Positions 1-9,463 of a stretch of DNA of 64,000 nucleotides are shown one piece after another (positions within the stretch are counted from its first letter, which is position 1; each line of letters begins with the position of its first letter). The notes beneath the pieces are model-generated. The model saw nothing but the letters and a program-made list of their open reading frames with translations, ran no database searches and was not told the DNA's origin. A program made the translations under genes and the position numbers. Source of the stretch: Candidatus Merdivicinus sp. (GTDB lineage: Bacteria; Bacillota; Clostridia; Oscillospirales; Ruminococcaceae); assembly GCA_050943495.1 (NCBI GenBank), contig JBMNPH010000007.1, forward strand, positions 35,703 to 99,702. The letters are read 5' to 3'.

Positions 1-1
1 T

Positions 2-271
2 TATTTTGCCCTTCATGTGCGCGGAGACAGCATGATTCGCGCAGGAATTCTGGATGGCGATATTATTGTTGTTCGCAAAACGCCGGTCTGCCGCAATGGA
101 GATATCGTGGTGGCTCTGATCGACGATGAAGCGACAGTAAAACGCTTTTACCGTGAAAAGGGTTATTTCCGTCTGATGCCCGAAAATCCCGCTTATGAAC
201 CCATCATTGTAGAGGAATCAGAAGGATTGACCATCTTGGGCAGAGTTGCTGCTCTTATTCGAAATTACTGA
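2..271 (+). CDS. lexA: LexA repressor, C-terminal S24 autopeptidase domain (5' end lies outside the window)
   Basis: The frame is open from the window edge. FALHVRGDSMIRAGILDGD...ATVKRFY...ILGRV matches the LexA/S24 Ser-Lys self-cleavage core. Confidence 0.85.
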   Translation, partial: YFALHVRGDSMIRAGILDGDIIVVRKTPVCRNGDIVVALIDDEATVKRFYREKGYFRLMPENPAYEPIIVEESEGLTILGRVAALIRNY

Positions 272-981
272 TGAATGCCGCACGGAAATTTTCCTGCGGC
301 TTTTTTAAGGGGGAAAAGTCGGTGGATTCCGTTTGGAAAGAAAAACTTTGGAGGATCCTCTTTCCTGCCCAATGCCCTTTCTGTGGGAAACCGGTTGCGT
401 TCCCCGCAATTTGCTGTGATTCCTGCGCCGCAAATCTGCCATATCTCAAGAATAATCCTTATCAAATCCGCGATCTTCCAGTCTTTTCGCCCTTTTCTTA
501 TGAGGGATTGGCAGAGCAGGCGGTTTGGCGGCTAAAATTCTACCAAAAACCTTCCACAGCACGCCCTCTCGCCGATTTTCTAGCAAACGTTCTTCCGGAT
601 TCCAATTCATTTGACTGCATCATTCCCATTCCGATGGATGCCAAAAAGCTGCGAAAGCGCGGCTATAACCAAGCTGCACTTTTAGCTCGCTTTCTTTCCG
701 AAAAGACTGGAATTCCTGTTTTGCCGGAAATTCAAAAAATACGCCCAACTGCAGAACAGCATACCTTAAATGCCAAGGAACGTCAAACCAATCTGCGAGA
801 CGCTTATCGTCTGATCCACCCGGATCGGGTCAAAGACCGGCACATTTTATTGTGTGATGATGTTATCACAACTGGTGCCACAATTCAGGAAGCCGCCTCC
901 CTTCTGATGCAGGCGGGCGCTGCTTCTGTCACTGCAGCTGCCGTGACACTGGCATCTGTTTTCCCTGAAACCCAATCATAA
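271..981 (+). CDS. comFC: ComF family protein (ComFC-like, Cys4 zinc finger plus phosphoribosyltransferase fold)
   Basis: CPFCG...CCDSC zinc finger followed by the PRTase motif ILLCDDVITTGATI. The ATG overlaps the lexA stop (TGATG). Confidence 0.8.
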   Translation: MNAARKFSCGFFKGEKSVDSVWKEKLWRILFPAQCPFCGKPVAFPAICCDSCAANLPYLKNNPYQIRDLPVFSPFSYEGLAEQAVWRLKFYQKPSTARPLADFLANVLPDSNSFDCIIPIPMDAKKLRKRGYNQAALLARFLSEKTGIPVLPEIQKIRPTAEQHTLNAKERQTNLRDAYRLIHPDRVKDRHILLCDDVITTGATIQEAASLLMQAGAASVTAAAVTLASVFPETQS

Positions 982-994
982 GAAAGGAATTGCC

Positions 995-1690
995 ATGCCT
1001 TCATCAGAACGCATTTACCACACCCTGCGCCAGGAAATCTTGAATCTCACTTTAAAGCCCGGCCAGCAGCTCCGTGAGGATGATCTCGCCCGCCGTTTTG
1101 GAGTCTCTCGCTCTCCTGTCAGAGCTGCAGTTTCACGCCTTTCCACAGAAAAGCTTCTGCGAGTGGAACCGCGTAAAGGTACCTTCGTCACCGAAATTGA
1201 AATGGATTATGTTCGGCAGCTGATTTTTCTGCGAACTTCAGTCGAACTGCGCATGCTTCCGCTGCTCTGCCAAAAAAGGCCGACAGATTTATGGAATAAA
1301 ATGGAGGAAAACCTTGAACGACAGCGACTCCTCCTTGCCGGAAGTTTTGAACCTACTCAATTTTATCGGCTTGACAATAAATTCCATGAAATGTACTTCA
1401 ATACGATGGAATTGGATGCCGTCTGGAAACTGCTCCAGCAGTTTTATGTGCATTATACCCGCTTCCGCGTTCTGGACATGCAGCGCAGCGGTTTGTTCCG
1501 TCAATTTTACGAGGAACATTGCCAAATTCTGGAGTTGATGCGGAAGGGACAGCAAGAAGAACTCTGCTCTTTGATGGTTCAGCATCTGGAAAGTCCTTTT
1601 GAGCGAATTACCGGTCATTCATCCAAAACATCCGGATTGGATTCTGCTGAATTTGTGGAAAATATTTCTTGCAATCATGCGGAAAATTGA
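995..1690 (+). CDS. GntR family transcriptional regulator (FadR/FCD-type C-terminal domain)
   Basis: N-terminal winged HTH (LREDDLARRFGVSRSPVRAAVSRL...RKGTFV) with an all-helical C-terminal domain. An AAAGGA RBS precedes the start. Confidence 0.8.
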   Translation: MPSSERIYHTLRQEILNLTLKPGQQLREDDLARRFGVSRSPVRAAVSRLSTEKLLRVEPRKGTFVTEIEMDYVRQLIFLRTSVELRMLPLLCQKRPTDLWNKMEENLERQRLLLAGSFEPTQFYRLDNKFHEMYFNTMELDAVWKLLQQFYVHYTRFRVLDMQRSGLFRQFYEEHCQILELMRKGQQEELCSLMVQHLESPFERITGHSSKTSGLDSAEFVENISCNHAEN

Positions 1691-1697
1691 GTATAAT
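1669..1697 (+). promoter_or_regulatory. Sigma-A type promoter (TTGCAA-17-TATAAT) inside the gntR 3' end, reading into the ECF S-component and coaX
   Basis: Hexamers TTGCAA at 1669-1674 and TATAAT at 1692-1697 with 17-nt spacing, read directly from the sequence. Confidence 0.5.
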
Positions 1698-1815
1698 GAT
1701 ACCGAAAACAATTCCATTGGTGTTGAATCCAAAAAATATTGCGGTTTTTTTGGATTTTACATAAATATTATTGCGTTGTATCCCATTGTGGGAGCAGCAG
1801 CAGGAGGAATGTATC

Positions 1816-2457
1816 ATGAATAACAAACCATCCGCAAAAACTCTGGAGCTGGTACAGCTCGCGCTCTTCGCCGCGATTATTATCGTGATGGCATCGGTCC
1901 CCTTCCTGGGATATATCCCACTTCCCTTTACCAGAGCGACTATCCTGCATGTACCGGTTATCATCGGCTGTCTGATGTTTGGTCCGAAAAAAGGTGCCAT
2001 CTTAGGCGCACTATTTGGGTTGACCAGCCTCGTCCAGGCGACCTTTAATCCCAATCTGACTTCTTTTGCCTTCTCTCCTTTCTATTCTCTGGGAGATGTT
2101 CATGGCAATTTCTGGAGTCTGGTAATTTGTTTTGTTCCACGAATTTTGGTGGGGATCGTCCCCTATTATGTGTACCAACTGTTTCGGAAACTTTTCCAGA
2201 AAATCAAGGGCGGTCAAACTTTCTCATTGATTTTGGCTGGCCTAGCTGGTTCCCTTGTGAATACCCTGTTGGTCATGAACTTCATTTACCTTTTCTTCGG
2301 CAAAGAATATGCTGCCGCAAAAGAAATTACCACAAATTTGTATGGTGTTATTTTAGGCGTTATCGTTGCAAATGGAATCCCCGAAGCAATTGTTGCAGCG
2401 ATTTTGACTACTGCTATCTGCAAAGCATTGTTCCGTATTCGTAAAATGGAACATTAA
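1816..2457 (+). CDS. ECF transporter S component, possibly pantothenate-specific (PanT-like) given adjacency to coaX
   Basis: Multi-TM protein with the S-component signature region ATILHVPVIIGCLMFGPKKGAILGALFG. The ATG at 1816 follows an AGGAGGA RBS; the ORF-track start at 1771 lacks an RBS. Confidence 0.7.
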   Translation: MNNKPSAKTLELVQLALFAAIIIVMASVPFLGYIPLPFTRATILHVPVIIGCLMFGPKKGAILGALFGLTSLVQATFNPNLTSFAFSPFYSLGDVHGNFWSLVICFVPRILVGIVPYYVYQLFRKLFQKIKGGQTFSLILAGLAGSLVNTLLVMNFIYLFFGKEYAAAKEITTNLYGVILGVIVANGIPEAIVAAILTTAICKALFRIRKMEH

Positions 2458-2481
2458 AGTAAAAAGTTAAGGAGTGTTCCC

Positions 2482-3264
2482 ATGCTTTTAGCACTTGATG
2501 TTGGAAATACCAACATTTGTATTGGTTGTATAAAAGACGAAAAAATTCTTTTTACGGGCAGGCTTTCTACCGACCACAGCAAAACAGCCGATGAATATGC
2601 CATTGCATTCAACAGCATTATCCGGCTGTATGGCTATCATGCCGCAGACATTGATGGCAGCATCATCTCATCGGTGGTTCCTCCCATCACACAAGCCCTC
2701 AAAGATGCTGTCTATCGCTTGACGGGGACAACTGCTCTGTTGGTTGGGCCGGGTGTCAAAAGCGGACTCAATATCCTGCTGGATAATCCAGCTCAAACCG
2801 GAAGCGATCTTGTGGTGGATGCTGTCGCCGCCATTGCGCAGTACCCCAAACCTCTGATTATCATCGATATGGGAACGGCAACAACCGTTTCGGTGGTTAA
2901 TGAGCAGGGAGGCTATATGGGCGGATTGATTTTGCCGGGTGTTCGGATTTCGCAGGATACCTTGACCGGACGCACTTCCCAACTACCTCGTATCGCGCTG
3001 GAGGCTCCCGCGCATGTCATCGGACGTAATACGATTGATTGTATGAAAAGTGGTGCTATTTTTGGTCAGGCAGCCATGCTGGATGGTCTAATTGACCGCA
3101 TTGAGGAGGAAATTGGCCAGAAAACTACTGTGGTTGCTACTGGCGGCTTAGCCGGATGTATCGTGCCGCACTGCAAGCGCGATATTATCTATGATAATGA
3201 CTTGCTTCTCAAAGGCTTACGCATAATCTACGAAAAAAATCGTCCGGATTCCAAACGATCATAA
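2482..3264 (+). CDS. coaX: Type III pantothenate kinase
   Basis: N-terminal LALDVGNTN motif, ASKHA fold length (260 aa) and an AAGGAG RBS. Confidence 0.9.
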   Translation: MLLALDVGNTNICIGCIKDEKILFTGRLSTDHSKTADEYAIAFNSIIRLYGYHAADIDGSIISSVVPPITQALKDAVYRLTGTTALLVGPGVKSGLNILLDNPAQTGSDLVVDAVAAIAQYPKPLIIIDMGTATTVSVVNEQGGYMGGLILPGVRISQDTLTGRTSQLPRIALEAPAHVIGRNTIDCMKSGAIFGQAAMLDGLIDRIEEEIGQKTTVVATGGLAGCIVPHCKRDIIYDNDLLLKGLRIIYEKNRPDSKRS

Positions 3265-3265
3265 C

Positions 3266-3305
3266 CAAAAATCCCGGTGAGAAAAATTTCTCACCGGGAT
3301 TTTTA
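3266..3305. terminator. Bidirectional intrinsic terminator between coaX and bioY
   Basis: AAAAATCCCGGTGAGAAAAATTTCTCACCGGGATTTTT: a perfect GC-rich stem flanked by an A-run and a T-run. Confidence 0.85.
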
Positions 3306-3308
3306 TTT

Positions 3309-3854
3309 CTACCTTGGAAGCACTTTGCGCAAACGATTTCCTACCACAACGGCTAAAACAATTTTAATTGCGTCGCCAGGTAAAAACGGAAATACACATG
3401 CTGTGAGTGCCGCTGCTGCACTGCTTCCTGTAACAACTACATACCAAATTGTACCGATTACATACAGAACAACTGTTCCAACAATATGCGCAGTGATCGA
3501 CCATCCAATCCGTTTACCGGTTTTGGACAAAATTAGTCCGCCTACGAATGCACATGCGGCATAGCCAACAATATATCCACCGGTGGGTCCAACCAGACGA
3601 CTCAACGTACCAAATCCAGAGAATACCGGTACCCCAACTGCGCCAAGCAGTATATAGATAACGTGACTAACGGAAGCTTCCTTCCAGTCCAAAATCTCGA
3701 CGGAGAGATAGGTCACAAATGACGCCAGCGACAATGGTACCAATCCGGGCAACGGAATCTGTATCTGGGAAAAGACCCCCATCCACGCTGCAAATAATGC
3801 AATTCTTGCCATCCGCACAACCGGACGGACTGTATTTCTGTTTGAGTTTTCCAT
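3309..3854 (-). CDS. bioY: Biotin transporter BioY (ECF S component)
   Basis: 181-aa, 6-TM protein with BioY-typical segments (IPLPGLVPLSLASF, GPTGGYIVGY, PFLPGDAIK). AGGAGG RBS. Confidence 0.85.
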   Translation of the reverse strand: MENSNRNTVRPVVRMARIALFAAWMGVFSQIQIPLPGLVPLSLASFVTYLSVEILDWKEASVSHVIYILLGAVGVPVFSGFGTLSRLVGPTGGYIVGYAACAFVGGLILSKTGKRIGWSITAHIVGTVVLYVIGTIWYVVVTGSSAAAALTACVFPFLPGDAIKIVLAVVVGNRLRKVLPR

Positions 3855-3866
3855 GGCAGCCTCCTG

Positions 3867-3896
3867 TGTTAACTATAATTTTTATTACGGTTAACA
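3867..3896 (-). promoter_or_regulatory. BirA-type biotin operator (inverted repeat TGTTAAC-N16-GTTAACA) upstream of bioY
   Basis: A perfect 7-nt inverted repeat abuts the -10 box of the bioY promoter. It resembles the Firmicute bioO half-site TGTTAACC as I recall it. Confidence 0.6.
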
Positions 3897-3925
3897 TTAT
3901 AGCACATACTCCATTCGGTTGTCAA
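3896..3925 (-). promoter_or_regulatory. bioY promoter (TTGACA-18-TATAAT)
   Basis: Minus-strand consensus hexamers: forward tgtcaa at 3920-3925 and attata at 3896-3901. Confidence 0.65.
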
Positions 3926-3940
3926 GAAAAATCACAATCT

Positions 3941-5134
3941 TTATTTCTTTTTCGCATCTACTACTGCGATTGCCTTTTGTAATTGCGTATCTTCTTCCTC
4001 AGAAAGATTAGCCAGATTCAGCTGCTGATCGGGGGTTAAATTCACCTCATAATCTGGCTTTAACCCAACGCCATGGAAATTGATTCCAGAAGGCGGATTA
4101 TAGTAGTGGGTTGTTAGGTTAATCGCTGAACCATCCGACAAGGAATATGCGGTCTGCATAATCCCCTTTCCGAAGGTATTGACACCGACTAACTCTGCTT
4201 TATGGTAATCCCGCAGAGCCGCCGAAAAAAGTTCCGCAGCACTTGCCGTATTTCCATCCACCAAGACAACCATCGGCATGTCCACACAGTTGGCATCAGA
4301 TGTGTATAAAACTTCATTTTCACCCTTGTTGTTGGTGACAGATACGATATCACCTTCGGGCAGCAGATAGTCAAGAACTTTCGCGACGCCATCCAACAAG
4401 CCGCCCGGATTACTCCGAACATCGAAAATAAGGCCAGTAGCCCCCTGATTCTGCAAATCGGTTACGGCTGCCTTGAAATCATCTGGAGTCGATGCATCAA
4501 ATCCCGTAATCTTAATATATCCATTTTCTCCGATCATTCGGCTGGAGACACTGGAAGTTTCAATCAGTTTGCGTGTTACTTCCATTGTCACTTCTTCCTG
4601 ATCTCGACGGACCGTAACATTTACCTTGGTTCCTTCCTCGCCGCGCACCAATGAGGTTGCTTCCTGATATCCTACCGATAGGACATCTGTATCGTCAATT
4701 TTTACGATGAGATCTCCCGGCAGAATTCCCGCTAACTCCGCAGGCGATTCCGGCGTAACTTCTTTGACCAAAATATAGCCACTTTCATCCATCGTCACAG
4801 TGATTCCGATTCCGATGAGTTCCCCTTTATTATCCATTTGATAATTTTTATATTCATCTGGATCCATATAATATGCGTAATTATCATTCAATCCCGCCAT
4901 ATAACCATCCGCGATAGAATCTGTCAATGTTTCTTCATCAATATCCTCCAGGGCATTATTGCGGACAATCTGATCAATTTCCGCAATTTTTTCATACAGA
5001 TCCGCACGCTCATCGACGTTGGCAATTTTGGTGTTAAAAATGTTTTTGGAATAAGTCATCGTAATCGTAAATGTGATTGCGGCAACGATTGCCATAAAAC
5101 ATATTGCAGCCCCTAATGAAATCTTTTTATTCAT
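3941..5134 (-). CDS. S41 family C-terminal processing peptidase (Ctp/Prc-like) with PDZ domain
   Basis: N-terminal TM anchor, PDZ region, and the S41 motif NTASAAELFSAAL. The start is taken at MNKKISLG (ATG 5134) after a GAGAAGGGA RBS, not the longer ORF. Confidence 0.85.
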   Translation of the reverse strand: MNKKISLGAAICFMAIVAAITFTITMTYSKNIFNTKIANVDERADLYEKIAEIDQIVRNNALEDIDEETLTDSIADGYMAGLNDNYAYYMDPDEYKNYQMDNKGELIGIGITVTMDESGYILVKEVTPESPAELAGILPGDLIVKIDDTDVLSVGYQEATSLVRGEEGTKVNVTVRRDQEEVTMEVTRKLIETSSVSSRMIGENGYIKITGFDASTPDDFKAAVTDLQNQGATGLIFDVRSNPGGLLDGVAKVLDYLLPEGDIVSVTNNKGENEVLYTSDANCVDMPMVVLVDGNTASAAELFSAALRDYHKAELVGVNTFGKGIMQTAYSLSDGSAINLTTHYYNPPSGINFHGVGLKPDYEVNLTPDQQLNLANLSEEEDTQLQKAIAVVDAKKK

Positions 5135-5232
5135 GAAAACATCCCTTCTCCGCCGCATCCATTGACATCTGCTCCGCAGCGGAAAAGCAAATGCAAAAGG
5201 GGCGCATTGCACCCCTTTCCAGTATCAGATTA

Positions 5233-6465
5233 TCAATAAGAAACATAATTAGATGGATTCTGGCGGGTACCATTGATCCGCACTTCAAAATGAAGGTGTG
5301 GACCAGTTGACTGTCCAGTCGAACCAATCTTCGCAATGACCTGTCCCTGTACAACGTTCTGACCGACGCTGACATTCAAGCTAGAACAATGTGCATACAG
5401 CGTCGAATATCCGCCGCCATGGTCAATGACAACATAATTGCCGTAACTCCAGTGCCATCCCGCTGTGATGACTGTTCCCGATGCAGAAGCATAAATATTA
5501 GCCCCATAGCATCCGCCCGCTGTTATATCAATACCGGAATGGAACGACCCCCAACGCGGACCGTAACCGGATGATATGTAATATCCATCATTGGTCGGCC
5601 GTGCAAACATTCCGGAAAATTGAGTGGATTGACCGCCATTTTGAGCTTGTTGCTTTTTCTCATTTTCCTCCTGAAGCCGTTTAATCTCAGCAGAAATTTC
5701 TGCCTCAATCTGGTCAGCTTCTTTCTGTTTGGCAGCAGCATTCTGCTCAAACATTTCTTTTTCAGCCTCAATATTCTGAATGGCATTCTGGCTCTGCTCA
5801 TATGCCTCCTGCAATTCAGCATTTGTCTGTTCCATTTCAGCCTTTTGCGCGTTCATTTGTTCCTGCTGTTCCGTGATATCTGACTGTATCCGTTCTGCTT
5901 GGGATTTTTGATTTTCAAGATCAGATTTCTGCACCCGCAGTGTTTCCAAAAGAGCTGTATCATGTTCGGAAATTGCCTGCATCATTTCGATATTGGTGAG
6001 AAATTCACTGAAACTTCCCGCTGAAAAAAGCATCTCCAACGAAGAAGTATCCCCTGCCATATACATGGCACGCATCCGCTGTTTATACTGATCTGTAGTG
6101 GTATCAATTTCCTCTTCTTTGGCTACGATATTCTCATTCGTTTCCGAAAGCAGTTGCTCGCTTTCTTCCATTTCCTGACTAAGCTGAGCTATCTGTCCAT
6201 CAATTACTGCAACCTTCTGCGTATTGAGAGCAATCTGCTGGGAAAGAGTATCCTGATATTGCTGTTCTTTTGCGATATTATTCTTTAGTGAAGACAATTC
6301 CTCATTGATGGCATCCAATTCCTTCTCAATTTTCTGCTGCTGACTTTGCAGAGAACTGAGAGATGCTGCCTCCGCTACCGGAGATTCCTGTACATATAGA
6401 GCGCAAACAGTTCCGATACATAGCGCGGTAAGAATTGCAACTGTTTTTTTCTTTGGATCGTGCAT
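5233..6465 (-). CDS. M23 (LytM) peptidoglycan metalloendopeptidase with long N-terminal coiled coil (EnvC/PcsB-like architecture)
   Basis: Signal or TM segment, about 270 aa of Q/E-rich heptad-like sequence, then FHSGIDI (HxxxD) and GPHLHFEV (HxH). Confidence 0.85.
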   Translation of the reverse strand: MHDPKKKTVAILTALCIGTVCALYVQESPVAEAASLSSLQSQQQKIEKELDAINEELSSLKNNIAKEQQYQDTLSQQIALNTQKVAVIDGQIAQLSQEMEESEQLLSETNENIVAKEEEIDTTTDQYKQRMRAMYMAGDTSSLEMLFSAGSFSEFLTNIEMMQAISEHDTALLETLRVQKSDLENQKSQAERIQSDITEQQEQMNAQKAEMEQTNAELQEAYEQSQNAIQNIEAEKEMFEQNAAAKQKEADQIEAEISAEIKRLQEENEKKQQAQNGGQSTQFSGMFARPTNDGYYISSGYGPRWGSFHSGIDITAGGCYGANIYASASGTVITAGWHWSYGNYVVIDHGGGYSTLYAHCSSLNVSVGQNVVQGQVIAKIGSTGQSTGPHLHFEVRINGTRQNPSNYVSY

Positions 6466-6485
6466 CTGAAAACGGATCCCCTTTC

Positions 6486-7715
6486 CTAATATTGAATAAA
6501 GTTTGCCGGATTCTGCCGGACGCCGTTATAATATACCTCGAAATGTAGATGTGGCCCTGTTACATTACCGGTTGCGCCGACTTTTGCGATTACTTGTCCT
6601 TGGGAAACCGTTTGACCTGGGCTGACCAACAATTGTGAACAATGCGCATATAAAGTAACGTATCCATCGCCGTGATTAATAACCACATTATTTCCGTAAC
6701 TCCAGTGTGTCATCGGACTTGCTACCACACCAGATTTTGCTGCGACAATGTCGGCACCATAAACACCGCTTCCACCGAGATCAATGCCGGTATGGAAATC
6801 TGTATTATTGAACCGCCAGCCATAGGCTGAATTCACATTCGAAAAATTGGGGAGTGGCCACAAAAAACCAGCTTCGGTCACGATATTTCCACCTTGCTGC
6901 GCATTCTGCTCTGCAATTTTCTGCATAATCTCTTCAATTTCACGATCAATTTCCTCTGCTTCCCGCAGACGCTGTTCTTTATTAGCCTCAAAATTCTGCC
7001 GTTCCAATTCCAAATTCTGGGTAGCAGTCTCACTTTGCTGGTAAGCGGCTTCCAGTTCCTGATTGGTCTGTTCCATCTCGGTGCGGCTTTGTTCCGCAGC
7101 GGACTGCTGTTCTGCGAGATCTGCCTTCACACGCTCTGCCTGTGATTTTTCATTCTCTAATCCCGCTTGCTGCACCCGAAGCTGTTCCAGCAACTGGGTA
7201 TCATGACGGGATATTGCCTTCATCATTTCGACTCCTGTGAGAAAATCACCGAAACTTTCGGCAGAAAACAAGGTTTCCAGCGGCGAGAGGGAATTACTCA
7301 TATAATTCGCGCGCATCCGCTGCTTATACTGATCCGCCGTTACAGAAATTTCTTCCTCTTTGGCGGCAATATTTTCCTCTGTCTGCGTCAGCTGTTCTTC
7401 CGTTTTAGAAATATCCTCAGAAATCTGGGAAAGCTGCTGATCCAGAACACTCATTTTCTGAAGATTCAAGGAAATCTGCTGTTCCAAAGTTTCCTGATAC
7501 TGTTCCTGTTTGGCGATATCATTTTTGGTGGCGGAAAGCTGCCGATTAATTTCATCCAATTCCTGCTCAATTTTATCTTTTTGGGATTCCAAACTATCCT
7601 TTTGGGCATCCAACGAAGCAGAAACCGGCAATACAGCCGTACTTCCATACATGACTCCTGCGGAGAAAAATACGCTGCATGCAGTTATTGCCGCAAGTAT
7701 TCTGCACTTTCTCAC
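6486..7715 (-). CDS. M23 (LytM) peptidoglycan metalloendopeptidase with coiled coil, paralog of 5233-6465
   Basis: Same architecture as its neighbour, with FHTGIDL and GPHLHFEV. GTG start after an AAGGGGGA RBS, immediately downstream of ftsX. Confidence 0.85.
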   Translation of the reverse strand: MRKCRILAAITACSVFFSAGVMYGSTAVLPVSASLDAQKDSLESQKDKIEQELDEINRQLSATKNDIAKQEQYQETLEQQISLNLQKMSVLDQQLSQISEDISKTEEQLTQTEENIAAKEEEISVTADQYKQRMRANYMSNSLSPLETLFSAESFGDFLTGVEMMKAISRHDTQLLEQLRVQQAGLENEKSQAERVKADLAEQQSAAEQSRTEMEQTNQELEAAYQQSETATQNLELERQNFEANKEQRLREAEEIDREIEEIMQKIAEQNAQQGGNIVTEAGFLWPLPNFSNVNSAYGWRFNNTDFHTGIDLGGSGVYGADIVAAKSGVVASPMTHWSYGNNVVINHGDGYVTLYAHCSQLLVSPGQTVSQGQVIAKVGATGNVTGPHLHFEVYYNGVRQNPANFIQY

Positions 7716-7727
7716 CCAAAATCCCCC

Positions 7728-8639
7728 TTATACCTTTAAGTGCTTGCGCATACTGAACGCACTTCCAATACTTCCTGTCAAAATACCTGCCAATAAGAAT
7801 CCACCGAGAATCGGATAACAAATTTCAGCAAATGGGACAGTGTATTGGGTTAAAGATGTCAGCCACGCAGAGGAATCAAAAGTAATTGCCTCTAAAAAGA
7901 GAGTATATCCTCCCCAAATAGCAAAAAACGCAATGACAGCAGCCAGGATTCCCAGCAAAATTCCTTCTACAATAAAGGGAATCCGAATAAAAAGATTCGT
8001 TGCGCCTACATATTTCATGATACTGATTTCTTTACGGCGGGTAAAGACGGAGGCTCGAATCGTATTGGTGATAACAACGATTGATACAAGTACCAAAGCC
8101 GCAATCACGGCACCACCAATGGTATTGACCATCGAACGGACATCCACTAACGTTTTAGTCAGATCAGTAGGTGCTTCCGCTTTATCGACGTATTCCATAC
8201 GGCGGATGGAAGCTACAATGGTATCTACCCGTTCTGGTTCCACAATTTTTGCAGTAAATTTTGCCGGGAGAATTTCCGCGGCCTCACCTTCCATCCCATC
8301 GAGAAGATAACCGTCTTCTCCGAGACTTTCCTTATATTCTGCAAACCCCTCTTCTGCCGACACATAGACAATTTCATCCAGACCCTCTACTTCGGTCAGG
8401 TTCTGTTTCATAGTATCCATATATTCAATAGGGGTATCCATTTCCATAAAAATGACAACTTCATTCTGCTGTCCAATGTATTCCACAATACTGTCTACGT
8501 TGATGCTGAACAAAACCGCGAATCCAACAATAATCAGGCAGGCAACCAACGTTCCCACCGAAGCAATCGTCATCATCCGGTTTGTCCACAAATTATGGAT
8601 TCCGTTTTTGACTAGGTATCGAAAACTACTTGCTCTCAT
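7728..8639 (-). CDS. ftsX: Cell division ABC transporter permease-like protein FtsX
   Basis: Four TM segments with a large extracytoplasmic loop between TM1 and TM2. Overlaps the ftsE stop by 14 nt. Confidence 0.85.
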   Translation of the reverse strand: MRASSFRYLVKNGIHNLWTNRMMTIASVGTLVACLIIVGFAVLFSINVDSIVEYIGQQNEVVIFMEMDTPIEYMDTMKQNLTEVEGLDEIVYVSAEEGFAEYKESLGEDGYLLDGMEGEAAEILPAKFTAKIVEPERVDTIVASIRRMEYVDKAEAPTDLTKTLVDVRSMVNTIGGAVIAALVLVSIVVITNTIRASVFTRRKEISIMKYVGATNLFIRIPFIVEGILLGILAAVIAFFAIWGGYTLFLEAITFDSSAWLTSLTQYTVPFAEICYPILGGFLLAGILTGSIGSAFSMRKHLKV

Positions 8640-9312
8640 GGGCGCCTCCTATGTAATCGTCAAAGACCACTTCACCATTCTCGATGTTGATGGTACGGCC
8701 TCCGAAATATTTCACCATCTCATGTTCATGAGTTACCATGACGATGGTGGTGCCGCAGCGGTTGATTGCCTGCAGCATCTCCACAATTTCATAGGAAAAC
8801 TCCGGGTCAATATTGCCGGTCGGCTCATCCGCGATAATCAGCGGCGGATCGTTGACCAGGGCCCTTGCAAGCGCAACACGCTGCTGCTCACCGCCCGACA
8901 GTTCATACGGATATTTCCGTGCTTTATCCTGAAGTTCCATCAGTTCCAGCACATAAGGCACCTGTTGGCGAATCACTTTATTGGAAGCGTCCGTCACCCG
9001 AAGGCTGAACGCAACATTGTCGTAAACCGTCATATTGGGGATCAAGCGGAAATCCTGAAACACAACACCGATACTGCGCCGAAATTTTGGAATTTGCCGC
9101 TCTTTCAATTTATTGAGATTATATCCATTGACAATTACCGTGCCGGATGTCGCACGGGTTTCCCGTAAAAGGAGTTTGATAATGGAGCTCTTTCCTGCTC
9201 CGGATGATCCGACAACAAAAGCAAAATCTCCGTTATCGATCTGCAAATTTACATTTTTTAACGCTTCTGTTCCGTTTTCATAACTGAAACAGACATCCAT
9301 CAGATTGATCAT
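8626..9312 (-). CDS. ftsE: Cell division ATP-binding protein FtsE
   Basis: Walker A GSSGAGKSS, ABC signature LSGGEQQR, Walker B LIIADEPT. Start at MINLMDV (9312) after a GGAAAGGA RBS. Confidence 0.9.
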   Translation of the reverse strand: MINLMDVCFSYENGTEALKNVNLQIDNGDFAFVVGSSGAGKSSIIKLLLRETRATSGTVIVNGYNLNKLKERQIPKFRRSIGVVFQDFRLIPNMTVYDNVAFSLRVTDASNKVIRQQVPYVLELMELQDKARKYPYELSGGEQQRVALARALVNDPPLIIADEPTGNIDPEFSYEIVEMLQAINRCGTTIVMVTHEHEMVKYFGGRTINIENGEVVFDDYIGGAHESK

Positions 9313-9463
9313 GCTTCGCATCCTTTCCTGCGCCCGAAAGCTGTATCTAAACAGCCGCAGCATCTGTATCTATCGCCGCGGCAAAATGCAAACGGACCAT
9401 CCAAAACCGGCACGAAACGCGCAGCCGTATATCGGACAGTCCGCCGCCGCCATTGTCAAAATC

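Noticed and set aside
1727-1758. Hairpin AATCCAAAAAA-N8-TTTTTTGGATT in the leader of the ECF S-component gene, considered as a riboswitch or attenuator
   Set aside because: The stem is almost entirely A-U and would be very weak. No conserved riboswitch-like sequence surrounds it. It is more likely a weak terminator for the gntR transcript or just an AT-rich palindrome.
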